From a virus, in IMG/VR virus record IMGVR_UViG_3300015242_000020, positions 32,001 to 96,000 of that record: a stretch of 64,000 nucleotides of DNA; one strand, written 5' to 3'. The notes beneath the pieces were generated by a model, which made no database searches, was not told the DNA's origin, and saw only the letters and a list, made by a program, of their open reading frames with translations. Below are positions 19,707-26,413 of this stretch, one piece after another; position 1 is the stretch's first letter; every line of letters begins with the position of its first letter. The translations under genes were made by a program, and so were the position numbers.

Positions 19707-19943
19707 TCAGTCCAGCCAGTGCAATTCGGTGTCGTCGTCATCGATATCGATCGGCACCCGGAGCACGGACCGGACGGCGTCCAGGCGTTGGACAGCTCGG
19801 ATGGCCTGGAGGATCTCGATCGGGGAGTGCTTCAGGTCCAGGTGGATGGCCACCGCCGTATCGGCCTCCTCCACCGGTGCCGCGCTGAGATAGACCCAGG
19901 GGCAGATCGGGCAGGGATAGGACGTCAGAGTGTCCGTCGGCAT
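19707..19943 (-). CDS. Small C2H2-like zinc protein
   Basis: CPIC...HLDLKH; start revised to MPTDT with RBS. Confidence 0.5.
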   Translation of the reverse strand: MPTDTLTSYPCPICPWVYLSAAPVEEADTAVAIHLDLKHSPIEILQAIRAVQRLDAVRSVLRVPIDIDDDDTELHWLD

Positions 19944-20066
19944 AGAACTATCTCCTTCAGAGAGCACAAAACCCCGGCACGTAAGATGCCAGGGCTCGCG
20001 CAACGGGGGTTGGACTCTCAACTCAGGTTGGTCAGCGGCCTCACCTTTCCCTCCACTCTTGTCTGA

Positions 20067-20096
20067 AGAGTAGAGCCAAGGATCTTTGGAACGCAA
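20067..20096 (-). promoter_or_regulatory. SigA-like promoter with CTAAG-N4-CTTAG-type box
   Basis: TTGCGT-N18-TACTCT; CCAAAGATCCTTGG in spacer. Confidence 0.55.
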
Positions 20097-20111
20097 GCAG
20101 ACATGCCGGAT

Positions 20112-20378
20112 TTATGTCTCGGCCAGTCGATACATCGCCGCGTCCAGCAGCACCTTGGCCTCCGAGGGGCTGTCGCAGTGCATCAGCTCGGCACACACCT
20201 GGCTCTGCAGACTCGCGGGGAAGGCCTCCAGGTGAAAGTGCTCGCCGTGGTTGTCCGCCGGCCACCAGATGAGCTGGATGACCTCACCGGACCGGCGCCG
20301 GACGACCATCACCAGGTCCCCGACCCCGACCTTGCTGATGCTGGAGGCGCGCTGAGCGAGTCGCTGCCGGAGCTTCAC
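20112..20378 (-). CDS. Hypothetical protein
   Basis: Overlapping start/stop with neighbour. Confidence 0.5.
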   Translation of the reverse strand: MKLRQRLAQRASSISKVGVGDLVMVVRRRSGEVIQLIWWPADNHGEHFHLEAFPASLQSQVCAELMHCDSPSEAKVLLDAAMYRLAET

Positions 20379-20680
20379 GACTCGACCCCCTCTGTGGCCT
20401 CGCCGGCCTCCACCTGAACCACACCGCGCTCGATCGAGGCTTTGGGGTCCTCATCTACCTCATCGTCTGGTCCACCGGCCACGGCCAACACAGCCCCGCG
20501 CACGCAGCCCTTCTTGCAGGCGAACCACTCGCCGCCGATGCCACCGCGCTCGTTGATCAGGCTGGCAGTGCCGTGGTAGCCCCAGGGCACCGCCTCGTCG
20601 TATTCCGGGTCGTGCAGGACCACCCGGCCGCAGGCGGGGTTGTCGCAGGTGTACTGGTCGACCTTGATCTCGGTCTTCAT
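20375..20680 (-). CDS. Hypothetical Cys-containing protein
   Basis: CDNPAC...CKKGC. Confidence 0.55.
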   Translation of the reverse strand: MKTEIKVDQYTCDNPACGRVVLHDPEYDEAVPWGYHGTASLINERGGIGGEWFACKKGCVRGAVLAVAGGPDDEVDEDPKASIERGVVQVEAGEATEGVES

Positions 20681-20970
20681 CAGGGCATCCTTTGTCTCAG
20701 AGGTCGAGGGAGAAGCATAGAGCGCAGAGGCAAGACCGCCGGGGTAGTCCAGCGCCCCGGCGGTCGCCGTGCTTAGACCGTCCAGGTCAGGCCGTCACGT
20801 TTGGCCCATGTCGCGCCATCGCGCAACCAAGACGTACCTCTCGTATTTTTCACCATTACCTTCACCTCCCGGACCGTGATCGGAGGCATGTCACGCTCAG
20901 CCGGATTCGTCGGCGATGAGCCAGGTAACTGCCAGGGACCCCTCAATCACACTGAGTGGGGGATGATCTG

Positions 20971-20999
20971 ATGTTAAGGATTCTTGGAACCCATGTCAA
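20971..20999 (-). promoter_or_regulatory. SigA-like promoter with operator box
   Basis: TTGACA-N17-TAACAT; CCAAGAATCCTTAA overlaps spacer and -10. Confidence 0.8.
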
Positions 21000-21046
21000 G
21001 CAAAGGCCGGCGACCCTTTAGGACTGCCGGCCGGGGGGAAGATGTC

Positions 21047-21190
21047 GCAGGAGGGCTACACGGTTTACCGCAGCCCTCGGACTGTCCGGATGCGCTGTCC
21101 GGCCTTACCGAGTGGCTCGCTCTGCCGCTAGCCGGATTCGTGGTGCACCACTACTACCGACGCGCCTCGCTGAGACTGGCGCCCTCCCGC
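21047..21190 (-). ncRNA. Candidate structured ncRNA A
   Basis: Terminal stem GCGGGAGGGC/GCCCTCCTGC directly after tRNA-Asn, with internal hairpins. Confidence 0.5.
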
Positions 21191-21191
21191 G

Positions 21192-21264
21192 CTTCCCCAC
21201 CAGGACTCGAACCTGGAACCGTCGCCTTAACAGGGCGCTGCGCTGCCAGTTGCGCTATAGGGAA
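21192..21264 (-). tRNA. tRNA-Asn(GTT)
   Basis: Cloverleaf; loop CTGTTAA. Confidence 0.92.
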
Positions 21265-21308
21265 TTGGGTTTGAGAGGGGGCCCAGTTACCCGGGCCCCC
21301 TCTCACCG

Positions 21309-21383
21309 TAGCGGGTGAAGGATTTGAACCTTCGACCTTTGGGATATGAGCCCAACGAGCTGACCGAGCTGCTCTAACCCGCC
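21309..21383 (-). tRNA. tRNA-Met(CAT), initiator-like
   Basis: Loop CTCATAT; GGG/CCC anticodon stem; G1-U72. Confidence 0.9.
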
Positions 21384-21402
21384 ATGTCCTTGCATCGTAC
21401 AG

Positions 21403-21478
21403 TCCGGGGAGCAGGATTTGAACCTGCGCATCGCCTGTTTATAAGACAGGAGCCTTACCCCGACTTGGCCATCCCCGG
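21403..21478 (-). tRNA. tRNA-Ile(TAT)
   Basis: CCTGT-CTTATAA-ACAGG. Confidence 0.88.
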
Positions 21479-21490
21479 CAGGGATGATCG

Positions 21491-21565
21491 TCCCGGAGGC
21501 TGGATTTGAACCAGCGACACCATCCGTATCAGGGATGCGCTCTACCCAAGCTGAGCTACTCCGGA
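21491..21565 (-). tRNA. tRNA-Ile(GAT)
   Basis: CATCC-CTGATAC-GGATG. Confidence 0.92.
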
Positions 21566-21649
21566 TCGGCTCCGGGAGAGTCATCCTCCCGAAGGTCATG
21601 CTCTAAGGCCCCTTACCCGGATGACCGGAGCTGCAGCGCAGGGCACTTG

Positions 21650-21722
21650 TCGACGTGGCGTGACTCGAACACGCATACCTGCTGGGTGTAAACCAGTTGC
21701 TCGCCAGTTGAGCTACACGTCG
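21650..21722 (-). tRNA. tRNA-Val(TAC)
   Basis: Loop TTTACAC. Confidence 0.88.
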
Positions 21723-21813
21723 CTGGCATCGGGCCAACGCCACTGCTGGCAAGCAGTGCCCCGGGGAAAGGAAGGGGGATGCCGCCCCAGACCTCCGCGT
21801 TGGACCCTCCGCG

Positions 21814-21888
21814 CCGACCCCCTCGGCATCGAACCGAGAACCCCCGGTACTTCACACCGGTGCTACTACCCGACTGAGCTTGAGGCCG
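21814..21888 (-). tRNA. tRNA-Phe(GAA), atypical
   Basis: CCGGT-GTGAAGT-ACCGG; G at position 32. Confidence 0.8.
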
Positions 21889-22044
21889 TTGCCCTCGGCC
21901 TTCTCGCAGAGAGTTGGCCGAGGTCGTGCTAGTCCCTTCACCGGCTGACAGTTGAGGCTCGTGGTGAGCCCGGATGCCAGTCCGTCCTGCGACGGGTCTG
22001 CAAGAAACCTTAGACGACCGAGTAGTCGTCGCGCAAGTCTTGCG

Positions 22045-22117
22045 AGCAGGTGACGGGATTCGAACCCGCAACAGCGACCTTGGAAGGGTCGTACACGTCC
22101 AGTTGTGATTCACCTGC
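22045..22117 (-). tRNA. tRNA-Gly(TCC)
   Basis: CGACC-CTTCCAA-GGTCG; U73. Confidence 0.9.
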
Positions 22118-22122
22118 ATGGA

Positions 22123-22239
22123 GTACGCCCCTGGCTATCCTCGCGAGATGGACGTCAGCGGAGACTGAAAAGCCTAGTAAACACCGGAATCTCTCCGGCT
22201 TACTCTTCGGGCCCCGTACGGCCATAGCCAGGGACGTAC
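22123..22239 (-). ncRNA. Candidate structured ncRNA E
   Basis: 16-bp terminal stem GTACGTCCCTGGCTAT/ATAGCCAGGGGCGTAC filling the His-Gly spacer. Confidence 0.6.
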
Positions 22240-22243
22240 CTCG

Positions 22244-22316
22244 GGTGACGGACGGGGCTCGAACCCGCAGCCTCCGGATTCACAATCCGGCGTCCTACCA
22301 ATCGGACTTCCGTCAC
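22244..22316 (-). tRNA. tRNA-His(GTG)
   Basis: Loop TTGTGAA; C73; no encoded G-1. Confidence 0.9.
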
Positions 22317-22318
22317 AG

Positions 22319-22391
22319 CACGAGCGCGAGGAGTCGAACCTCGATTATCCGGTTTTGGAGACCGGTGTGTTCCCAGTTACACCACGCCCGC
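22319..22391 (-). tRNA. tRNA-Trp(CCA)
   Basis: Loop CTCCAAA. Confidence 0.88.
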
Positions 22392-22513
22392 AGAGATACC
22401 TCGGGGATGGTGTCGATGCCATCGGTTCATCATGCGGGCGCTCCTCTCTTAGGATCGTGCTGTGCGGTTCCAGGAACCCACCGTAGCAGCAGAATCCCTG
22501 GAGCCGCCAGCGT

Positions 22514-23011
22514 TTAGTTGCCCTTCCATCGCTGTCCATGGACGATCCTGTGAATTTGCGGTCGACCAACACCAAATCGATCCGAGAGATCGCACTGGCG
22601 TTGACCATCAGCGAACAGACTGCGGATCTCGACCACCTGATTCCACGTGAGCTTGGCCTCATGATGTTGTTCGCCAGGACGACCGCGTTTCCGATCGCGA
22701 CCACGCTCGATCATGTCTCGGATATTGTCCGCCTGCGTTCCTCCGAGCCAATGAGCGGGATTCTGGCACGGAGGCACGTCACAAGTGTGACGCACTACCC
22801 GAGGAGGCATCATGTCGTACTCCAGTAGCCATCCTGCTCGGTGCGCGGTCCAGATCAAGTGCTTGCCTGTGTCGTCGTTGCCGACATAGATCGAGCCGTG
22901 GCCGAATGGGTGCGTGGCCGCCGTCCATAACCAGCAATCATCAGGACCACGGCGCACGTACTTCTCTTCGTACCTTTCTCGCAATGTGAGGCTGACTTGC
23001 ACCCTATGCAC
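22514..23011 (-). CDS. HNH homing endonuclease with C-terminal HTH
   Basis: CWLW...AHR...VVRHTCDVPPCQNPAHW.GGTQADN; GEQHHEAKLT. Confidence 0.88.
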   Translation of the reverse strand: MHRVQVSLTLRERYEEKYVRRGPDDCWLWTAATHPFGHGSIYVGNDDTGKHLIWTAHRAGWLLEYDMMPPRVVRHTCDVPPCQNPAHWLGGTQADNIRDMIERGRDRKRGRPGEQHHEAKLTWNQVVEIRSLFADGQRQCDLSDRFGVGRPQIHRIVHGQRWKGN

Positions 23012-24194
23012 CCTTTACGTTCAGAAATTGCCGCAGCTCGTGCCGGATCTCGACCATGTCCGCCGCATCCGCCATCACGGTGTCGATCGGCTTGTACGCG
23101 TCCGGGTGCTCATCCAGGAATGCATCGGACTCACCCCAGACCACGCCGGCCGCCGCCATCTTGGCGTTCAGGTCCTCCCGGGTAAACAGCGACTTGGCCG
23201 CCGACCGGGAGTGTGCCCGACCAGCACCATGTGGAGCGGAGTTCAGCGAGTCGCTGTTGCCCTTACCGATGACCACGTAGCTCCTGGTACCCATCGAGCC
23301 CGGAATGAGCCCAGCGACGCCCTCAGCCGCGTTGATGGCGCCCTTGCGGGATACCCACACCGGCTTGCCGCCCCAGACCTCGGCCACGGTGTAGTTGTGG
23401 TGGCAGGAGATCTCCTCCAGTCGCTGCACCGACTTGCCCGAGTCGGTCCAGACGCCCAGGCAGTCCAGCACCCGGTCCATCATCTCGGCTCGGTTCAGCC
23501 GCGCCCACAGCTGCGCCCAGTTCAGCGCCTCCATGTACCGGACGAACCCCGGTGTGCCCTCCTCCAGGTAGGCCAGGTCCTTGTTCGGCAGCGGAGTCTT
23601 GTCGTGCTCGCACTGGGCCTTGGCGATCTTGATGTGCTGCTGGGCCAGTTTGTTGCCCACGCCTCGGGATCCGGAGTGCAGGAAGGCCCAGACCCGGTCC
23701 TCTTCGTCGTAGGACAGCTCGATGAAGTGGTTTCCGGAGCCCAGCGAGCCCAGCTGTGCTCGCCAGTCCACGCCGGTGTTGTCTGCCTGCTCGACACTCC
23801 AGGTCAGCTCCAGCTCGAAAATCCGGCGCTTGGCCGTGGTCGAAATGGTCTGGTTGCGGGCGCCGGCCGAGAGCGGTACCGCCGAGGCGATCGAGCGATG
23901 CAGGTCCCGCAGGCTCTTCCCGTCCTGCACCAGATAATCAATGGTTGTCTTGGTGTACGGGGTGAGCACTGCATCCATTCCGCAGCCAATATCCACTCCG
24001 ACCGCCGAGGGCATGATCGCCTGGTAGGTAGGAATGACCGAGCCGACCGTGGCGCCCAGGCCGAGATGGGCATCCGGCATCAATGCCAGGTGCGGATGGA
24101 TGAACGGCATGCTGGCGGTCTCATACGCCTGAGCCAGGGTCTTGGGATCCAGGATCGATGCGTAGTTGACCAGCTTGTCGGTGAGGCGCTCCAC
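23004..24194 (-). CDS. rtcB: RtcB RNA ligase
   Basis: LMPDAHLG, GVDIGCGM, GSLGSGNHFIE, LHSGSRG, HHNY, PGSMG, HGAGR, DEHPDAYK. Confidence 0.97.
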   Translation of the reverse strand: MERLTDKLVNYASILDPKTLAQAYETASMPFIHPHLALMPDAHLGLGATVGSVIPTYQAIMPSAVGVDIGCGMDAVLTPYTKTTIDYLVQDGKSLRDLHRSIASAVPLSAGARNQTISTTAKRRIFELELTWSVEQADNTGVDWRAQLGSLGSGNHFIELSYDEEDRVWAFLHSGSRGVGNKLAQQHIKIAKAQCEHDKTPLPNKDLAYLEEGTPGFVRYMEALNWAQLWARLNRAEMMDRVLDCLGVWTDSGKSVQRLEEISCHHNYTVAEVWGGKPVWVSRKGAINAAEGVAGLIPGSMGTRSYVVIGKGNSDSLNSAPHGAGRAHSRSAAKSLFTREDLNAKMAAAGVVWGESDAFLDEHPDAYKPIDTVMADAADMVEIRHELRQFLNVKGA

Positions 24195-24237
24195 GGTGGG
24201 ACTCCTTGGGGTCGTCAGGGGATATTTCTATCTTGCG

Positions 24238-24322
24238 CGGAGAGCGAAGGATTCGCACCCTCGTCGGGTTACCCCGAGCCTCCGGATTCCAACCGGGCAC
24301 ATTGCTGCTCTGTCAGCTCTCC
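24238..24322 (-). tRNA. tRNA-Ser(GGA)
   Basis: Loop TTGGAAT; long variable arm; atypical T-loop TGCGAAT. Confidence 0.8.
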
Positions 24323-24323
24323 A

Positions 24324-24412
24324 TGGCGGAAGATGCACGACTTGAACGTGCGCCGGGTCTCCCCGGGCCTCGGTTTAGCAAACCGGCGCCTTGCCAACTC
24401 AGCCAATCTTCC
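24324..24412 (-). tRNA. tRNA-Ser(GCT)
   Basis: Loop TTGCTAA; long variable arm; encoded CCA. Confidence 0.88.
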
Positions 24413-24422
24413 ATGATCATCG

Positions 24423-24507
24423 AAGAGGGTAACGGAGTCGAACCGTCGGGACGCACTGCCCGGTCTGGGTTTCGAAGCCAGTCGCCTACCACTAAGCACT
24501 ACCCTCC
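24423..24507 (-). tRNA. tRNA-Ser(CGA), possible 8/4 cloverleaf
   Basis: Loop TTCGAAA; GGAGGGTA/TACCCTCT acceptor; long variable arm. Confidence 0.7.
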
Positions 24508-24517
24508 ATACATTGCG

Positions 24518-24590
24518 CATCTCCGCCTGGATTCGAACCAAGACTGTCCGCGTCCAAAGCGCGGCGGGCTGCCGATTACCCCACGGAGAT
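24518..24590 (-). tRNA. tRNA-Gln(TTG)
   Basis: CCGCG-CTTTGGA-CGCGG. Confidence 0.9.
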
Positions 24591-24601
24591 TTACTGACGA
24601 G

Positions 24602-24673
24602 CACCGGTATCTGGACTCGAACCAAAACGACCTGGCTCAGAACCAGGCAGGCTGCCAATTACCTCATACCGAT
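24602..24673 (-). tRNA. tRNA-Gln(CTG)
   Basis: CCTGG-TTCTGAG-CCAGG. Confidence 0.88.
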
Positions 24674-24682
24674 CTGACCTCG

Positions 24683-24755
24683 CGCGCTGCACCCGATTCG
24701 AACAGGTGACCCCTGCCTTCGGAGGGCAGTGCTCTATCCACTGAGCTAGCAGCGC
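24683..24755 (-). tRNA. tRNA-Arg(CCG)
   Basis: CTGCC-CTCCGAA-GGCAG. Confidence 0.9.
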
Positions 24756-24756
24756 T

Positions 24757-24833
24757 TGGTTTCCCAGAGAGGATTCGAACCTCCGACTTCTGCATCCGTA
24801 GTGCAGCGCTCTAATCCACTGAGCTACTGGGAA
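24757..24833 (-). tRNA. tRNA-Arg(ACG)
   Basis: CTGCA-CTACGGA-TGCAG; encoded CCA. Confidence 0.92.
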
Positions 24834-24834
24834 A

Positions 24835-24910
24835 TGGTGCCTCCGACAGGATTCGAACCTGCATACCATCGGGGTAGGGGCCCGGCGCTCATCCGTTGAG
24901 CTACGAAGGC
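24835..24910 (-). tRNA. tRNA-Arg(CCT)
   Basis: Loop CCCCTAC (C33); encoded CCA. Confidence 0.82.
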
Positions 24911-24993
24911 TTGGCTCCCATGGACTTATTTGTGAGCCTGGGAGCTTCGAAGCCACAGAATGAGACGGTGATCAGGCGCCCCTATCTATGCTG

Positions 24994-25065
24994 CGATCCT
25001 GACGGGAATTGAACCCGCACAATCCACCGTGACAGGGTGGCGCTCTACCGTTAAGCCACAGGATC
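24994..25065 (-). tRNA. tRNA-Asp(GTC)
   Basis: CCACC-CTGTCAC-GGTGG. Confidence 0.92.
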
Positions 25066-25113
25066 TTAGTGTCCTTCCGAGAAAGCCCGTACATGGAGAA
25101 CTCGGAAGGAACG

Positions 25114-25186
25114 TCCGCCCCGAGGGACTCGAACCCTCGACCCACCGAGTAAGAGTCGGTTGTCTCTGCCGCTGAGCTAGAGGCGG
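25114..25186 (-). tRNA. tRNA-Lys(CTT)
   Basis: ACCGA-CTCTTAC-TCGGT. Confidence 0.9.
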
Positions 25187-25191
25187 TTATT

Positions 25192-25275
25192 GACGGGGGA
25201 TTGGGATGTACTGGGAATCGAACCCAGCACCGAAGGGCCTCTCCGGCCGTATCCACACGTAATCCCACCCCCGTC
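25192..25275 (-). ncRNA. tRNA-like RNA with perfect T-arm, stunted D/anticodon region and extended acceptor helix
   Basis: CTGGG-TTCGATT-CCCAG; GACGGGGG-TGGGAT pairs with ATCCCA-ATCCCCCGTC. Confidence 0.55.
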
Positions 25276-25322
25276 GGGGTGCCGGTTTCTCATCCGGCTC
25301 TGCGGCCGTACGAACCGCATTG

Positions 25323-25395
25323 TGGAGATGACAGGCTTCGAACCCGCGACATCCTGGTTGCAGGCCAGGCGCTCTACCAACTGAGCTACATCCCC
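25323..25395 (-). tRNA. tRNA-Ala(TGC)
   Basis: G3-U70; loop CCTGCAA (C33). Confidence 0.9.
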
Positions 25396-25407
25396 TTGAT
25401 CTAAACG

Positions 25408-25482
25408 TCCGCCCCCTCGGATTCGAACCGAGACTCTGACGTGGTAAAAGCACGCGGTTTTGGCCAATTAAACTAGAGGCGG
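25408..25482 (-). tRNA. tRNA-Lys(TTT)
   Basis: Loop CTTTTAC. Confidence 0.87.
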
Positions 25483-25486
25483 TTAT

Positions 25487-25579
25487 AGCCCCAACCCGGC
25501 GCAAGGTCACCATTATGGATCGGTCGGTTACGTGATCCGCCTCGCTATTCGCGGTCCGACAACCGTCCGGGTTGGGGTA
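25487..25579 (-). ncRNA. Candidate structured ncRNA G
   Basis: Terminal stem CCCCAACCCGG/CCGGGTTGGGG filling the Glu-Lys spacer. Confidence 0.55.
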
Positions 25580-25581
25580 TG

Positions 25582-25653
25582 CAGTCCCGGTGGGAATCGA
25601 ACCCACACCCTCTGATTGAGAATCAGGAATCCAGACCACTAGACGACGGGACC
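25582..25653 (-). tRNA. tRNA-Glu(CTC)
   Basis: Loop TTCTCAA. Confidence 0.9.
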
Positions 25654-25692
25654 AAAAGTATTGAGTTTTCAAAGGCCAGATGTAACTGTGCG

Positions 25693-25766
25693 TACCGCAG
25701 GTGAGAGTCGAACTCACATCAACCTGATCCTAAATCAGGCGCCTCGCCGGTTTGGGCTACTGCGGC
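25693..25766 (-). tRNA. tRNA-Leu(TAG), short variable loop
   Basis: CCTGA-TTTAGGA-TCAGG; A73. Confidence 0.88.
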
Positions 25767-25782
25767 ATATTCAGTTGTGACG

Positions 25783-25856
25783 TGCCCCCGGAGTGATTCG
25801 AACACTCACCACCTGGGATTTGACTCCAGTGCATCTGCCAATTGTGCTACGGAGGC
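25783..25856 (-). tRNA. tRNA-Leu(CAA), short variable loop
   Basis: Loop GTCAAAT; A73. Confidence 0.8.
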
Positions 25857-25861
25857 GTACC

Positions 25862-25949
25862 TGGTGCGTAGGGGAGGAATCGAACCTCCGCCGTCCAGAG
25901 GATCCGGCTTTACAGGCCGGCGCAGCCAACCAACAGCTACCTCCTACGC
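25862..25949 (-). tRNA. tRNA-Tyr(GTA)
   Basis: CCGGC-CTGTAAA-GCCGG; long variable arm; encoded CCA. Confidence 0.9.
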
Positions 25950-25953
25950 GCGG

Positions 25954-26029
25954 GGCCGGTGACAGGAATTGAACCTGCGTTCGCCTGATTACTAAACAGG
26001 TGCTGTGAGCCAACGTCAGCTACACCGGC
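25954..26029 (-). tRNA. tRNA-Thr(AGT)
   Basis: Loop TTAGTAA; GCCGGTG/CACCGGC acceptor. Confidence 0.85.
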
Positions 26030-26208
26030 CGGTCTGGGGAATCAGAGATATCGAGCCGTTGTGGCTCGCTGATCCTCATCGGCGCTGGAGGTTCGTTGAT
26101 CTCGCTGTCGGAGGGATTCCCGGGCACGCAGGGATGACCGCTTTCGCAGTCTCAGGCCGAGTCGTTTCGCTCGCATCGCGTGCCTCCTCTCCGTGGTCTT
26201 GTATGACC

Positions 26209-26238
26209 AGTGAAGCATCCCTAGAACCCGGGTGTCAA
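26209..26238 (-). promoter_or_regulatory. Probable tRNA-operon promoter with operator box
   Basis: TTGACA-N18-TTCACT (weak -10); CTAGGGATGCTTCA box. Confidence 0.55.
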
Positions 26239-26413
26239 CTGGTTTCCTCCTCCGGTATGCTCGCCGGCATCCCGTACTGAGTAGGCCGTGACTGGCCGAG
26301 GGGGCGCGGTGCAATGCGGGGTGTACTGCGTGAGACGACCTGCACCCGCTCGGTCGGCTGGTCAAGGCGCCTTGTCAGCGCTGTTTCCAGTCGGCCGGTC
26401 GGTCGGGCGGACT

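Noticed and set aside
21595-21612. CTCTAAG as an amber-suppressor/pyrrolysine anticodon loop
   Set aside because: It is on the opposite strand to the array and has no anticodon stem or T-arm.
24423-24507. Selenocysteine tRNA
   Set aside because: The anticodon reads CGA, not TCA, and no sel genes are present.
25192-25395. Full tmRNA
   Set aside because: The GGGGATG element is a complete tRNA-Ala, and no tag reading frame or ~350-nt body was found.
21047-26135. Y RNA (YrlA) or hammerhead assignment for the spacer RNAs
   Set aside because: No permuted T-AS-D order, no Ro/TROVE gene in the window, and no complete CUGAUGA...GAAA core by eye. An Infernal search is needed.
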